DNA of 63,369 bases, the filler included, from Circinaria calcarea (taxonomy: Eukaryota): the NCBI GenBank assembly GCA_051942165.1. It is 15 parts of 15 records of this genome, joined end to end, with 100 filler letters (N's around TTAATTAATTAA, not from the genome) between each part and the next. Parts side by side here need not be neighbours in the genome. Positions count along the whole stretch, not along the records: positions 4,244 to 8,384 come from JAVECS010002446.1; positions 8,485 to 12,624 come from JAVECS010002447.1; positions 12,725 to 16,862 come from JAVECS010002448.1; positions 16,963 to 21,099 come from JAVECS010002449.1; positions 21,200 to 25,334 come from JAVECS010002450.1; 10 more parts are not named here. One strand, 5' to 3'. Positions 8,037 through 21,507 of this stretch are shown in pieces. The notes below the pieces were generated by a model. It ran no database searches, was not told the DNA's origin, and worked only from the letters and a program-made list of their open reading frames with translations. The first letter of the stretch is position 1. The number at the start of each line of letters is the position of its first letter. The translations under genes and the position numbers were made by a program.

Positions 8037-11000
8037 GATCGTTTCGTCGGCGGACTACAGTTGGAAATAATGGAGGTATCAGCAACGTGGTTCGTTTAAT
8101 ATGAGTCCAGCTCTTTGGTACCCGGTCAGCCAGGATACATAATATGGCACGATCTCTAGTGGTGCAAGCAGACAAGATTTGCCTAGATAAATCAAAGCAA
8201 ATCTCGTTGCTAACAGTTTGGAGGCCCCGGATTGGGAAACTCCATGACCGGTACAAAACTCGTACTAATAAAGTGGAGGACTCTATTAAACCCCCCCCCT
8301 CCCCAAAAACAAAAATTCGAAGAGTAGGTAGCTAGTCCACAACTCATGCTTCCAACCTCCAACCTCCAACCCAAACCCTATCCCNNNNNNNNNNNNNNNN
8401 NNNNNNNNNNNNNNNNNNNNNNNNNNNNTTAATTAATTAANNNNNNNNNNNNNNNNNNNNNNNNNNNNNNNNNNNNNNNNNNNNGAAATGGAGGGTACGC
8501 AGGCAAAGGCAGGCAAAGCAGGCAGTGAACGGTGTGGAAAGAAGGTCTATAGGCCATAAGGCCCTGGCATTATTGTCGATACTCTGGTTGTACTTGTGGC
8601 ACAGAAATGAGAAATATTGCTGCTCGATGAGCAAATCGCCAGAGTGGTGCGGTGAAGCTTCTGTGATTGGCGGGAGAAGCTGTCGAGGTAGGGGGTTGCA
8701 GACGAGATGGTTCTACCGAGTTCGTCAGAAGCAACTTCGACCAATGACTGATCGTATATCTGAGGCAACATAAAAGAAGCGAGAAATGTGTGCCATGAAA
8801 TATCTCGATTAGGCCGCTACAGCACGTCATACTACATTAACGTATAATGGGCTGGCTCTATCTACATCGTCACGTCTACAGAGGATGTGCCTCGCCCTTT
8901 TATGCAGCCACCTTCAATGCATTCCTTATATAGAAAGGCCTAGATCGATCTAATTAGCTCTGTACCACTTAACTCAAGCTATTATGGCCTAGCGCACAAA
9001 ACTGCTCGCATAGAGCATCTAAGGTCCATTTAGGGTTTACACCTATATGTCCGTATACGCTTCTACTAAGTATATAAAAATTATCCAGCAGTTCCATGAA
9101 CAGCCCTCTCGTTGCCCGCAGGAAATACTCGGGGTTTATCTGATAAACCAGTAAAGTATGTCACCCGCTGCTTTCCATTCTTTAAAGCGAATATGACGAG
9201 CCTGGAAATAGTTAGGCTCCCCCGACAACCTCGCCAGCTTTAGTAACTCTAGGAACCAAATCCACTCTTTTCCAATATGCCCACCAAACCGACCTCAGTG
9301 CCTTCGAATGACTTCACCGCAGTCTTTCCAAATTCGCCACATTCAGCGCCACAATGGTTGCCTTAGTGATAACATCGGGTGAATGAGTTCGTCACTCCCG
9401 TTTCGTCTCTGTCTCCCGATCTTTCATCGTTCCAGCCTCACACGTGAGATACACCCGACGGGATATCACTGGGTAAAGCAGGTAGTAGACGAGGCTCCGC
9501 GCTCCAAGATGTACTGAAGCGGCGCCCGGGGCGGATGGTCGTACAGGACCCTCCCCAAGGGAATCGAAGGTCGGGATCCTATCGAAGGCGTGGAAACAAT
9601 GTCGTACGATTTCTTTACGCCGCAGCCAATCAAGGTAAAACCAAAACCATTTCCCTGATTGACCAACTTCCTCCTCTCCCTCGCAGCCGGCCACTTTTAC
9701 GAGAACCGTGAAACGCCAACACTCCGTTTGAGCCGCCATTTCAGGTCGTTCGAGTCTAATTTCTTCCGTCACATCTTCCCCGAACTGGCCGGGACAGTTT
9801 CTTGTTGAGACATTCTCCGTAACCCCACCGTCTCCGCCATGAACCCCCGGGAGACTTCGAGGATGATCACTGTGGAACACAAGTCGCAGGCTAACACAGG
9901 GTCTCTGCGAATGAAACTGCGCGCTTTACTCGATGTTATGGTGATAGCATTCGGCGGCATGGATACGCGAGCATAGAAAGGTAAATGGCGGGAGCTCCTG
10001 GTGTTGGGCAGCAACATGTATGGTGGCATTTATGCTATCTGTGTATGTGTAACTAAGTAACTACCTATGCTACGAAAAAGTGCTTTTATGGAGTGGGTAG
10101 AGAGTGTTGAGCATGGACCGTGTGTTAGCCGAAGCTAACACATGACTCGGTAAGCCCTATGACTTCCAACACCTGGATCAAGTGGGGCTGGAGGTTGTAA
10201 AGATTACGGGCCCGGGGACCGACCCTTTAAGCAACGATAGTGTCATCGAGGCCATGTTAAAGGGTAGGGATTAAAGGCATTTTCACGTGAATATTTTACT
10301 TCAACGCGCCAGACACACGGGCCCTTTGCAGAGAAGAACTTCTGAGCCGATTGAAGATTGAAAATAGCGGGCCGGCGATATCATATACTATCTCGTCAGC
10401 TCCTTGATTGATTGATTGTAGCCAGGAATCCAACCGTGTTGTTTCATCTAGATAGACGATCCTCTACCGGATATTCTCACGTACTTTTCCCCGGTCAATC
10501 TAACAGTCTGCGATTGGGTCAGAACAGGTTAATATAACTGCCATCCCATCCTTTGTCTATAGCCTGCCTTGAGTCGAGGGCCGCAAGCCTACTATGTATA
10601 GTAGTATCATCTGGGATCGTGCATTACTACGCGTCCTGTCGGTCTCGCACCTTTTGACGTCAAATTTCTCCCTCTAAGCTGCAACTCTGCTGCATAGTGT
10701 ATAAGCACTTGCCCATCTTATAGAGTATAGCTGCACTTCTCGCTCGGGATATTTAACATGCACCATCTTTCAACTGTCAAGAGGCAAAGCTGGTAACAGT
10801 AGCTCTGGCTTTGGATTCGGCCGGGCTCTGGTAGACTATTCGGAACTGAAGGAATGTGAACATGAGAGACGGAAAGAAACCGATTGATCTGAGTCCCTCC
10901 GTCGTTAATGTAGCCATCAGATCGGGAAAGCTCCAGACGTCTTTAGTTCAGCTCATTTTGCCTTGTAAATCAGCTGGTAAATATATGGGTAATGCTACGC

Positions 11001-11778
11001 AGTATGTCTCGTCTGAATTGGTAGAGTCCAAGCCCCAGTTCACAAAGCTTGCAGTGTCCGCTTGATATGGTTAAGTATAATACAGGGGGTCTTTGCATGA
11101 AGTCAAGAGGCAAAGCACGTGATAGTGTACGTAGATCAATGTGAGCATAATATACTAGGGGGATGGTGGTAGAAACCGTCTACTGATCCAGTAATAATCT
11201 TAACGAATAATATCTCACACGAGCATGCAGAAATGAGAATAAAATCTAAACGCGAAGGCGTCAGAGGAACAATCCTGAGGATATCTTCGTCATATGTACA
11301 AACAATGCACGGCAGAATACATGTTCAATGTGGCAAGGGGACTAGGAGAAGCCAAAAACATGAGCGCATCGTCACACACTTCATTGCAGCATTGAATGGC
11401 AATAACCTTGTACAGTGTGTGGCGCTAACAGCACCAAGGGCCAAGAAAGAGAGGGTATGCAAGGTACCCGAGATGTTGTCTGTTAAATGTAAAGTGACGA
11501 TGGGGGAAAGACAGAGCGGGTTTAGTCTCAAACCGGACAATAGAAGCAAAGAACGATCATATATCTTGCTTGAAAGAATAGTAAACACTCAGGGTCTTAC
11601 TTAGTTTGTCGATACCCAAGTCTCAGCAATCGATCTCAGTCTTAGCTTGGGTTATTTTCCACAACTAACATTCAAAGAATGTGGTATTACTCTTGTCATA
11701 CCGCATGGCAATGTCAAATTTCAATCATCCCTCTTCAAAGCAAGGGAGTGTTGACAGCAAAGGCTTTTGGTTGTATCC

Positions 11779-12570
11779 TCATTGCTTTGCTGCCTGCAAC
11801 CTCTTGAAAACTTCCAAAAACCCCCTATTCCCATTCTCCCCGTCCTGGAGCCCGACCCATATGTCCACCCAACCTTCTTGCATCGCCGTAACTATCTCGT
11901 CGGCTTGCAAATCTTCTTCCATCTCCCGCTCTACATATATGGTCTTCAACCCGCACTCCTTGGCGGCTATCAGGTCACCAAGGTGGGCAGCTACCATGGC
12001 GCATTCTTCCGCTTTCAGTCCTAACTTCTCCACGGCACCCTTGTATACCTTTGGCGACGGCTTATAGGCGCCGAAGTGCTCGGAGGAGAAGACATGTGTC
12101 CAGGGCAGATGGGCGTATGTCGCCATGTCGGTTAATAATTCGAGATTACCGTTGGACAGCGTGCAAGTTTGGATACCGAGCGCATTCAGTTTTCCAATGC
12201 CAGATGACGAGTCTGGCCAAGGCTCGAGGAAGTGCCATACTCGACTGATCTCCAGGACCTCGTCGGGTGGCCAGAAAGCAGACAGACCATTGGAATCTAG
12301 GAGGCCAATCAACGAGTCGTGGTGATGTTGATCAACAGTCTTAAAGGGGATATGGTCATTCGCGGCCAGAGACTGCGACGGAGCATAGTTGCGGGTAAAG
12401 TCCTTGTAGCTATTTCGCCATGCTTGCGCGAATGACGGCCAGTCTATGACTGATGCGCGCAGACGGACAACGGATGGGAGGGACGAAGTAGGGTCGGAGA
12501 GGGTGGCGGAGGCATGTTGCCGCAGAGTGTGGGTAACGGTGTGTCTCCAATCGACCGTTGTCCCGAAAAC
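11779..12570 (-). CDS. Haloacid dehalogenase type II-like HAD hydrolase (first exon missing)
   Basis: The exon after an AG acceptor begins VFGTTVDWR and includes the motifs TLSNGN, YKPSPKVY and MVAAHLGDL. Confidence 0.88.
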   Translation of the reverse strand, partial: VFGTTVDWRHTVTHTLRQHASATLSDPTSSLPSVVRLRASVIDWPSFAQAWRNSYKDFTRNYAPSQSLAANDHIPFKTVDQHHHDSLIGLLDSNGLSAFWPPDEVLEISRVWHFLEPWPDSSSGIGKLNALGIQTCTLSNGNLELLTDMATYAHLPWTHVFSSEHFGAYKPSPKVYKGAVEKLGLKAEECAMVAAHLGDLIAAKECGLKTIYVEREMEEDLQADEIVTAMQEGWVDIWVGLQDGENGNRGFLEVFKRLQAAKQ

Positions 12571-13253
12571 CTAATTCGAATGTCAACGAGTCCGAACGAC
12601 GACCGCTCGAGCGCCGTTTTAATTNNNNNNNNNNNNNNNNNNNNNNNNNNNNNNNNNNNNNNNNNNNNTTAATTAATTAANNNNNNNNNNNNNNNNNNNN
12701 NNNNNNNNNNNNNNNNNNNNNNNNCCCCCCCCCCGTCCTTGGTTGCCGGTTCCTTTATTTCCTAATCTCCCTGTTCGTTTTTTCCTTTTCAATTCCTCAT
12801 CCGTATGTACAGAGAGAAAAGATTTGGAGATTGAGGATTCACATTTGGGTTGGGTTGGGGGGAAGGGAAGGTTTTGCAGTTTGAATCGAAATCGAAATCG
12901 AGTGAATCGGAGTGCGAAATATGATGCGATGTGATATAATCGGATGAAATAGAATAGGATGGGATGGGATGGGACAGTTGTATTGGTTGGGTATTGAGCA
13001 TTGGGGGCATTTGGGAAAAGGGGAGAAAAAGAAACTGGGGAGAGTGGGGAGAGTAGGAGTAAGGTTGGGTGGGTAGGATCGATAAAGGATTTTTGAAATC
13101 TCCATGGTGGTATAATTATCCCTATAAACTTCCTCGGGTCCATGTACATTGTTTGATATACATAAACAACTCCCACCAAAGGTCATCGCCTGTTATTGAC
13201 ACAAGAGCAAACATGCCAGCATCATCTTCATCCCAAAAACAGATTGATCTCCA

Positions 13254-15251
13254 CTAAAAATCAAACTCGCCCCGAAAAGCCTCGACGTCCATACCCGGCA
13301 CCACCAAATCGCTAAGATCCCTTCGGTTCATCTGCCCAAACACCCTTCGCAACGTCTCGTACAGATTCGTACTCTGATTCATCTCCATCATCCGATCCAG
13401 CCTCGCCTCGTCCATTTCCCCGCCCACAACCTCTTGGATCCTTTCTCGGCCCTCCCGTTCGACGACTCTGTGCATGCTCAGGGCGCCGAGAAGATGCTGA
13501 GCAGCTTCCTCGTAGCAGCCAATGTTGATACAAGACACGCCGAGGTTGTAGCGCGCCCGGACAAAGTTGGGATTAAGTGTAAGCGCTTTCTCGTACGCTG
13601 CGATAGCTTCTTCGCTGCGGCCACTGTTGGCTAACGTGGCACCGAGGCGGTTCCATAAGAGATGGATTTGTTGTCGCTGATTCGTGGTGCCTGCTTCGGT
13701 GGAAGCAAGCGCAGCTTCGAAGCAATCCACCGCCTTGGTGTACTCTTCGTCGCCGTAAAAGAGAACACCTAGCCCAACTTGCACATCTGGATCCATGTGT
13801 TCGCCATCTGGGGAGAGCTGAGCGGCACGGATAAAGAGATTCGTAACTTTTTCGTGGAGGAGGTGTCGATCTGTAAAGCCAACTTCGGCTGGCTCCGAGA
13901 GGGAGCCAGGAGGCACTATTTGAGGGTACTTGGTTGCGAGCCAGCGTTCTAGCGTCCTGTATGCACTTGAATCGTAACCTTCGTTAGTATAGGAGACCGC
14001 TAGGCCCATTAAGGCGTCCAGATTTGATGGATCGAGCTTGAGAGCTTCTTCGAGCGCGCGGATCGCTGGTGCTTCTTTCTCGTTCTGGGCTTGGGCACTA
14101 CCCAGCATACACCATGCTTCGATATGTTGTGGGTTTTGCTGCACAGCTGCTTCGAAAGCGAGTGCCGCCAAAGAAAGATTCCCCGCCTCCTGCATAATTT
14201 TCATACCTTCATTATACGGATTACCAACGCTACGAAATATATTCTCCTGTTCGAAGAGATACTCGCCGAGCTGCGGCTCCCGAGAACTACCGTGTGTGTT
14301 CAGAGTATCAAAGTCATCCCAGGGATTAAAGTCTCCCATGTAGTCCTCACCATGGAAGTTCAAAGGCCGATCGTCAACCATGTGTCTAGCATTTGCAGTC
14401 TCAGCTTGTATGCCCTTCCAAATGCTCTCAAAGTCACCGTAATCGTTTGTTTCAGAGAGGACTGACCTGTCGATATCATTGAGCTCGGTTTCTATAGCGG
14501 CATTTGCTTCGGCGTCAAAATCTTGTTGTCCAGCTGCATCAATCTCCGCAAACTGCTGTTCCCAGTTCTGATCGTCCAGCTCCACCATACGCGACTTGCC
14601 CTTCCCATTCAAGACTGTCGTCGAAGAACATTGCATACCCATAGAACGGTATCCAGTATTCATCATTCCCATGTTTCCAACAAAGCCCATTCCCATAGGC
14701 CGTTGATATCCGTGTATTGAGGTGGGGGAATGTGACAGGGGGCTGGCTACCCGGGCAAAGCTGCTTCTTTCAAGCTGCTGAAATCGCTGAAACTCTGCAG
14801 GGCTAAGAACAGGCGGCACGGCGCCTCCTACCTTGTATGCTCGAAACGCAGCTTCCGTTCGTGCTTGCTCGACAGGATTGTACTCGGTTGACCATGGTGG
14901 AGATTCTGATTTAGATGCTCCGACTCGATAGGCGTCAATCTCCCTTCTCATTTGGTCCATTCCAAACGGCTGCCCGGGATTCTCCAGTAACGGCCCGTTT
15001 GTATGTAGAAATTCATTCATCATCTATGCACACACTTAGCGAATGGTCAGAACTTGAGATGAGCTTTGACGCGTACATACGTTATCCTGCAGCCCTGATG
15101 GCCTTTGAGTCCGGATGCCTTCGTACTGCCCATTAGGCCCGCGTCCAACCAGGCGATCGCGCTGTAAAGACTTGTCGTCCTGAACATGCTTCGTGAATTG
15201 CGTCAAAGGATTGCCAGCAGTGGAACATTCGGCGCCTCCTAGGAAAGACAT
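13254..15251 (-). CDS. PEX5: Peroxisomal targeting signal 1 receptor Pex5 (exons 15081-15251 and 13254-15023)
   Basis: N-terminus MSFLGGAECSTAGNPL, WxxxF motifs (WEQQF), TPRs including LWNRLGATLANSGRSEEA, and a GT-AG intron at 15024-15080. Confidence 0.97.
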
Positions 15252-15724
15252 TGTGAGGGGTGATGCCGTTGATAAGGCTTACACCCTGAGAACGTGAAAC
15301 AAGCTTGACAATATAATACAGCAGTGAAGTTGGTCTCTATTCCTTCGGGCGGTTGCGGTGGGACTATACGATCAGATATCAACGTGAGCCTTCAGCGCAG
15401 CAACCAAACGATCCGCCGCATTTATCTTGCGCCTCGGCATTGCATCACATGTTCAGCCCTATGGCACCAGGGGGCTGACTTCCTAAATTCACCTTTGGCT
15501 AAAATAATCACGACACGATATGCATGAGTGAGGAGAGATGTTTTTCTTATGAAGCATCCAAAGACCGATACCAATTATTATACATTCCTTTCCGATGGTA
15601 TTCTACATTTACGCGGTGAAACGACAATGAAGAAGGCCAAAGGCATGGTAGAAAAGCAATTCAAATCATCCCATGCTAACCAGATCACGCACAGCTTCGC
15701 CGGAGTATTGATGGAGTTTAACGC

Positions 15725-16843
15725 TCAGCGAACTTGTACACCCGTCGTCCTAGGTTCACTTGCCTTGCTGAAATCGATCCGAAGCTTCCTCCCGTAAGTC
15801 TCCTTGTTTTCCAACTGCTTCATTGCCTTCTCCGCGCTAGCAACATCGACGAATTCCGCGTGAGCGAAGCCCCTTGGCTGACCCGTCCTCCGGTCAATCG
15901 CCACCCGAACATCAACCACATCCCGGATATCTCTGAAAAGATCATTGAGATCTTGATCGGACATCTCAAAGGACATGTTGCCAATGAATAAGGTGTTCGT
16001 AGGGCCCGCTTTGTGGATTGGTGCTCGAGTCTGAGTTTTCTGAATCGAGTATTGGACAATCATTCGGCGGCCTTCAAATACTTGCTGGTTCATCTCTTCG
16101 ATGGCCTTGGCGGCGCTGGCATCGTTGGCGAATTCAACATAACCAAACCTGCAGACAGTTCAGTTGAGTTTGATGCCTTCAAGGCAGTTGGGTGATTGAA
16201 TGCATACCCTTTGCTCAAACCGCGTCCATCGTAGATGATCTTCACATTGTTGACGGTACCAAATCGTTGCATCGCTTGCCTGATAGAATCTTCAGACACA
16301 TCGAAGAAGAGGTTTCCAACATATACTGTTTTGGGAGTAGTTGATGTTTTCCCGTCTACCTCATCAGATGAAGATCCTACCCCAGCGGCGTGTGCTGCAT
16401 TTGCAGCCGATCTCTTCATGTAGTCTGTAGATGCTCCGACCGCCTGCGCGGCTGTTTCGGTAGCTTCGGAGACTTTGTTGGAGACAGTTCCTGCGGCGGA
16501 TGATATCGCTGATGCGACAGATTGACTCTCATGGTCTGCCGAATCGAGTGTTTCCTGGGCAGAGGTTTGCTGAGAAGCGCTGTCAGTGGCAGGCTCAGTG
16601 GGTTGTCCATTGCTTGACGCGGCTATCGAGTTCTCCCCATGCTGGGCTTCTGTAGCGCCGTCGGCTTCTGGCTCTGCTTGGGTTACTTCACCGCTGGCAA
16701 ATCTCCTCTGAAATGGAGCGAAAGATGTAGGACGTGCAGTCCGGAGGATGGAAGATTTAAGCGTGGAGATAGGACGGGATTGAAAGGAAATGGACGGAGA
16801 TGGCGATGAGAGAGCGCGGCATGCAGCGCGGCGAAGACAGAAC
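15725..16843 (-). CDS. Two-RRM RNA-binding protein with a probable mitochondrial presequence (start codon split by an intron, first exon off-contig)
   Basis: RNP motifs VYVGNL / KG|FGYVEF and LFIGNM / RGFAHAEF, and an Arg/Ser-rich N-terminus FCLRRAACRALSS. Confidence 0.85.
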
Positions 16844-17860
16844 CTAGGGACGAGATGTAAGTNNNNNNNNNNNNNNNNNNNNNNNNNNNNNNNNNNNNNN
16901 NNNNNNTTAATTAATTAANNNNNNNNNNNNNNNNNNNNNNNNNNNNNNNNNNNNNNNNNNNNGTTTACGGGGCTGGGATGGGATGGGATGGGGCTTGTAT
17001 TGGTATGGGTATGTGGAATAGGAATCGGGGTTCTTGTGAAGTAGGACAGTGTACGTGGTGTTAAGCTGGCGAGTGAAGTTGACAGAGTCGGCGTAAAGCG
17101 GTCAACAAAGCTGTCTTGCTACGTCGCGGGATAAGGCATAGAGGGGTGTTTTACCGGCATTAGATGGGCTTTTCCCCCGTCGGGCCGAAAGTACATTCAT
17201 CATTATCCATCAAATGTCAATAGTTGTGTTCTCTCTTCCTACCAGTCATCAACACTGGCAAAAGCTTTGGACTGTTTACGGCTTGCGGTTGCAAGGTTGT
17301 TAATTAAGTTCAAATGATCAGGTTAGGACATATTGGTCTTTTCTATGGTAAAGTCGTGTAAAATGTAATGACTGGCGCGGAGAGAGAACGGAAAAGCCCG
17401 CGCTGACAGATAGATACGCTTTCTGGGTTGATAAGCGAGTTCGCTGTTGGGGGATTGGAGATGAGGGATATGATCGATGAGATCTAATCTTTACAACAAA
17501 GAAATCTTGCATAGTATAATCGAGTTCGGGAAACGGAAACGGCGAGAGCGAGCTAGATTGACGTTTCCCCATTCCGTGGCTTTTCCAAGCGTACAGTTAC
17601 TAAGTTCGGATAAGGTGTGAAGGCTGCCTTTGGTGGGGTACGGTGAGGAGGTCCGAGCGAGCCAGGTTGGTGATTTGAGTTAGGGAGGGAGAATTGTGCA
17701 TATATGTTTACAAACCTGGTCCGAGGGGCCTGAGTGTGTGCTGGCTAGAAACAAGGGATCCTGTATACTTGGGTGGGATTGGATAACATGCACCGACTTT
17801 TCGGAGCGGAATCGGTCGTTACGCACCTTTTGTCGGTTATAATAAACTTTGCCAAGACAT

Positions 17861-19270
17861 CTAGGGAGTCTTGCAAGCCGAAACAGATTGGCGGCCCACA
17901 ACCGCCTTCCAAGTGCAGCTTTTGACCTCGTTCGCCGGATCGGTTCGCCAGGGTTCAAATTGCTCGAAGATGGTGAGGTTGACGCCTGGAGGGAGGGCGT
18001 TGAGTCCTGGCGTGGGTTATCAGTCTATGAGAGTAGGTACGGACGTAGGGGGCGGAACAAGGGCTCTTTGACGTACCGCTCCCGGCATCTTGCCACTTTC
18101 CATTACCTTTAGGGAAAGGTTCCCTACGCTTGCTTCGACGACCGGAGATTGTGGTTTCATGGCCATAAAAAGCCCTTCCTCCTTGCGGGAGGTGTGGGGG
18201 ACTGGAGATGCAACGGTTTGTCAGTGTGTCCAATGCTGCTTGGATTTGGGCCCAGGTAAGGACGATTGCCCTGGCGGCAGAAATGGCAACGTGGCAAGTA
18301 TCTAGTATGAAAATCAGTCTTAAGAGATGATAGTAGCGGCGGAGAAACCATAATCTTACTGGAAGAGAGAAATCTAACTTCCCCTGCTCCGATCTGTACG
18401 CCATCCGACGTAGCACCGAGTTGCGAGCGTACTTGTGTGCAGTCGATTGCTTTAGGACTTCCTAGCTTGGAGTCGCATTCATAGGTCATGTCATCAGCAG
18501 CTTCCATATTCCACCATGGCTTCGGTCCACCTCGACGCATGCTATTGGCTCGTTGAAGAAATCCCATCGCCAGGTTGAGATAACGAGTTTTGAGAGTTCC
18601 TTGCGCCGAATTGTAAATCGAACTGAGGTACTTGGCTATACTCTGTGGGACTGAAGTATCGTTATTCCCTGGCTCTAGGTTTTTCGTATTGGACCTAGCC
18701 GACACAGTAACCGTAAGAAAGGCACTTCCCTGGCCTTTCCATCGCTAATGTTAGCGCAGATCTCGTGACTAATGAGGATGCTCATACTTAAGGGGACGTC
18801 CAGATCCGTCGCCGGATTAGCGATATAACTTATCAGGTTTGATATGCCCTTGGTGACAAATCCTCCCGAACCAGCTCCCTCAATCACGCACCGTTCGATG
18901 ACCCAACCGGCCATGCCTCGGATGTCGTTGGGAATCAAATTCATGGTGTGTGGTACTGTGGGACCTGCTACCTCAACTGAAACCATACATGAGCCTAATG
19001 GAGGAGTAAGTCACCGCAAACCAAACAAGGCTAGATCGTCCTCATCGAACCATATTCCTTGTAGATTGGTAAAGTCAATGGCCCATTGCCTGAAGGCGGA
19101 CCGTCTGCAGCGTTAATGTTATAGGTGAATGGGTCGTCACCTATCCTTAGTGCACTTGCCGCTCTGATGCATTCTATATAGCTTAGACTTCGTCCGTACT
19201 CTGGTTTACAGAAATGGTAGTCCGGTGCCACAGGTTGATTGGGTACTGGCGCAGCCCAAGAAGTCGCCAT
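17861..19270 (-). CDS. Multi-exon Cys-patterned protein with two KP4/Ecp2-like domains; 5' end unresolved
   Basis: Exons join to give C..YG..L..IEC..A...L..LP....G.C.VSV..IR.MA.WVIERCV..GSGGF and YECD..LGSP..DC..TCHVAI..W..I.AAL..L..RC..GGRA. The last exon ends GLNALPPGVNLT..CTW..C-stop at 17861. Fold assignment is by eye. Confidence 0.6.
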
Positions 19271-20973
19271 AGCCGGTTTCTGCTAGGAAGCAACGAAGAA
19301 GAAAGCGTCAATTCAAATTAAGAGCAGTAAAAAGCCCCCAGCACATGACGGAACATGTATAGGTAGGATATTTGGAACCGTATTAAAGCGCTTTGGTCGG
19401 CTTTTAAGTGTCATACATGAAAAGGACGACTCGTGGGAGGACTTAAACAACAATAGCAATAGCAGCGCAAGTAAAGGGGTTGTCTTGAAACTGATATCAT
19501 ACGAAACAGCAAGACCCTAGTAAACAGTATATGCGCTAATCGTTCCTATCAACGGGGTGACACGTAACAGTTTGGCTTGGAAGAGGATTGAACGATCCAT
19601 TGAAGTAACTTTGATCCCTTGTTCCTGTAGGAGGGCCCGTAGGACATTGTTTCCGCATCAATTCTCTATCATGAACGCGAATCGGAAGGTGATGCTCTTT
19701 TGGAGAATTGCTCCGTGGTTGTTGTCAGCTGATTCAACCGATCTTTGAGGTTCGGACATCTCGGCCCGGTCTCCTCTTATATCCACCTGAGTCTAAAGAC
19801 GGTTCATAGAATAGACGGACACTTCACATTGCTTGCCTCCACGGATTATTCGATGCCGGATTGCATCAATGAGTCCATTTTATGATGACTGAATAAGTAT
19901 CAAATAGATGAAAACATGATGTGAGTCCAACTCGATGCTATGAACACCAGCTCCCAATCCTTCCTCATAGCACTCAGCGACGGTGGGATATGATATGCAA
20001 ACATGGACAGAAATTACACCTTCGACCCTTCGCTTCCTGACTGCTGCCTCTGCACCTTTCTCTTCAGCTTGGCCTCCTTTTGGAGCTCTCTCGCTCGCTG
20101 TACACCAAAACCATGCTGGAAAATCTCCCGGATATCCTCGACAGTCATTTCCTTAACCGCGAATATCTGCCACACACCTTTTCATGCGTTACTAATGCCA
20201 AGATTCACATGTGAGCGCGTCGAAGACTGGGTGGGCGAAAATCCTTCAAGAGCCACCTATTCCGTGAATAGATAAGCTCACCATAAGTACAATCTTTCCC
20301 CGTTCGAGATACCGTCACGCGCGAAACACGACCAAGCAAAAACAAGGACACTAATTTTGACCTACGCACCGCTTTACCAGTTCCTGCGCCTCCGTATGGT
20401 AGCGGATGAGCTCTACGAAGAGAGCAAGAGAGCCGGGCTGACATGCCCGATTCGGTTGATTCAGATGCCTCCCTTTGAGATCTTATAACTTGCGTATGAG
20501 GAAGTCCGAGTACAAACCCGCTGCAATCACCCTTTTTGCATGCAGCTCTCCACCTTGGCGTCTGCTACTTCTACCGACTATGCATCCGTTGGGGTTAACA
20601 AAGTCTGATGGATCCCCGAAGTAGCAATATCTACCCTATCTCCTTACCTTTCTCATATGAGTAGCCGTTTTCTAGGCCCCCAAATGCCATATGCCACGAC
20701 AAAACTGCCTTGTAGCTATTACTCTCCATTTTCAAAGTTTTCCTCTCCAATCGCCCGGTTTACTACAAACCCTATGTTTTGTTAGATAAGCGAGTTGTGA
20801 GATGGATTAGTCGGTATCACAATTGACGGATGCAACATCAAAGCCTAACATACCCCAGTTAAGAAGCTGCACTCGATCCTGTCAACTGAAGTCATCTATA
20901 TCGTTTACGTTTCATTATTTTGATTCAGAAGAATTTGAGCGCACATTATTATATCTCTATCCTGTATACTATC

Positions 20974-21099
20974 ATGGCACCATCAGCCCTCGCCATTGAA
21001 CCCACCTTCAACACCGAGCGGGATAGCCTCGCCCTCGAAAGGACCTCCGATTCAATTGACCAAGTCAATCTGCTCAAAGCCAAGATGAAAGTCGAAAAA
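20974..21099 (+). CDS. Probable myo-inositol oxygenase, N-terminal fragment
   Basis: MAPSALAIEPTFNTERDSLALERTSDSIDQVNLLK resembles fungal inositol oxygenase N-termini; truncated by a linker. Confidence 0.6.
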
Positions 21100-21507
21100 N
21101 NNNNNNNNNNNNNNNNNNNNNNNNNNNNNNNNNNNNNNNNNNNTTAATTAATTAANNNNNNNNNNNNNNNNNNNNNNNNNNNNNNNNNNNNNNNNNNNNC
21201 TTTTCGTAGTGTGTAGGAGGGAGGGGGAAGGGAAGAAATGGGTGTGTACAGACAACTTCGTGGACACACACGTAAAGGGGCCGTCCTCGTTACTCCCAAG
21301 ACCTTTTTCCCATTTCTCTTCTCATCGACTTTTTGGTTATATATACAAGCTCGAAGTCCGTAGAGCTACACCTCTCCGATCAGTCAGCATTACCTTATCC
21401 CCCATTTTCCTACAAGACCCTTATCTGGGGAATGCTCCCCCAGCCGACTCCTCGAAAATTGTAGTGAATATACAGACACCCAGCTTGGCTCCTCTCCAAC
21501 TGTTTCT

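Noticed and set aside
10121..10142. Perfect 9-bp hairpin with a C(UUCG)G loop on the minus strand
   Set aside because: Isolated, with no surrounding ncRNA or Helitron end motif recognised; plausible by chance in 63 kb.
10776..11117. 15-bp direct repeat GTCAAGAGGCAAAGC, two copies about 325 bp apart
   Set aside because: No TIR, LTR or coding signal between the copies; insufficient to call an element.
20030..20270. Minus-strand coding-like fragment (…KEMTVEDIREIFQHGFGVQRARELQKE…)
   Set aside because: Short, with no recognisable family or complete gene structure; not supportable without a database search.
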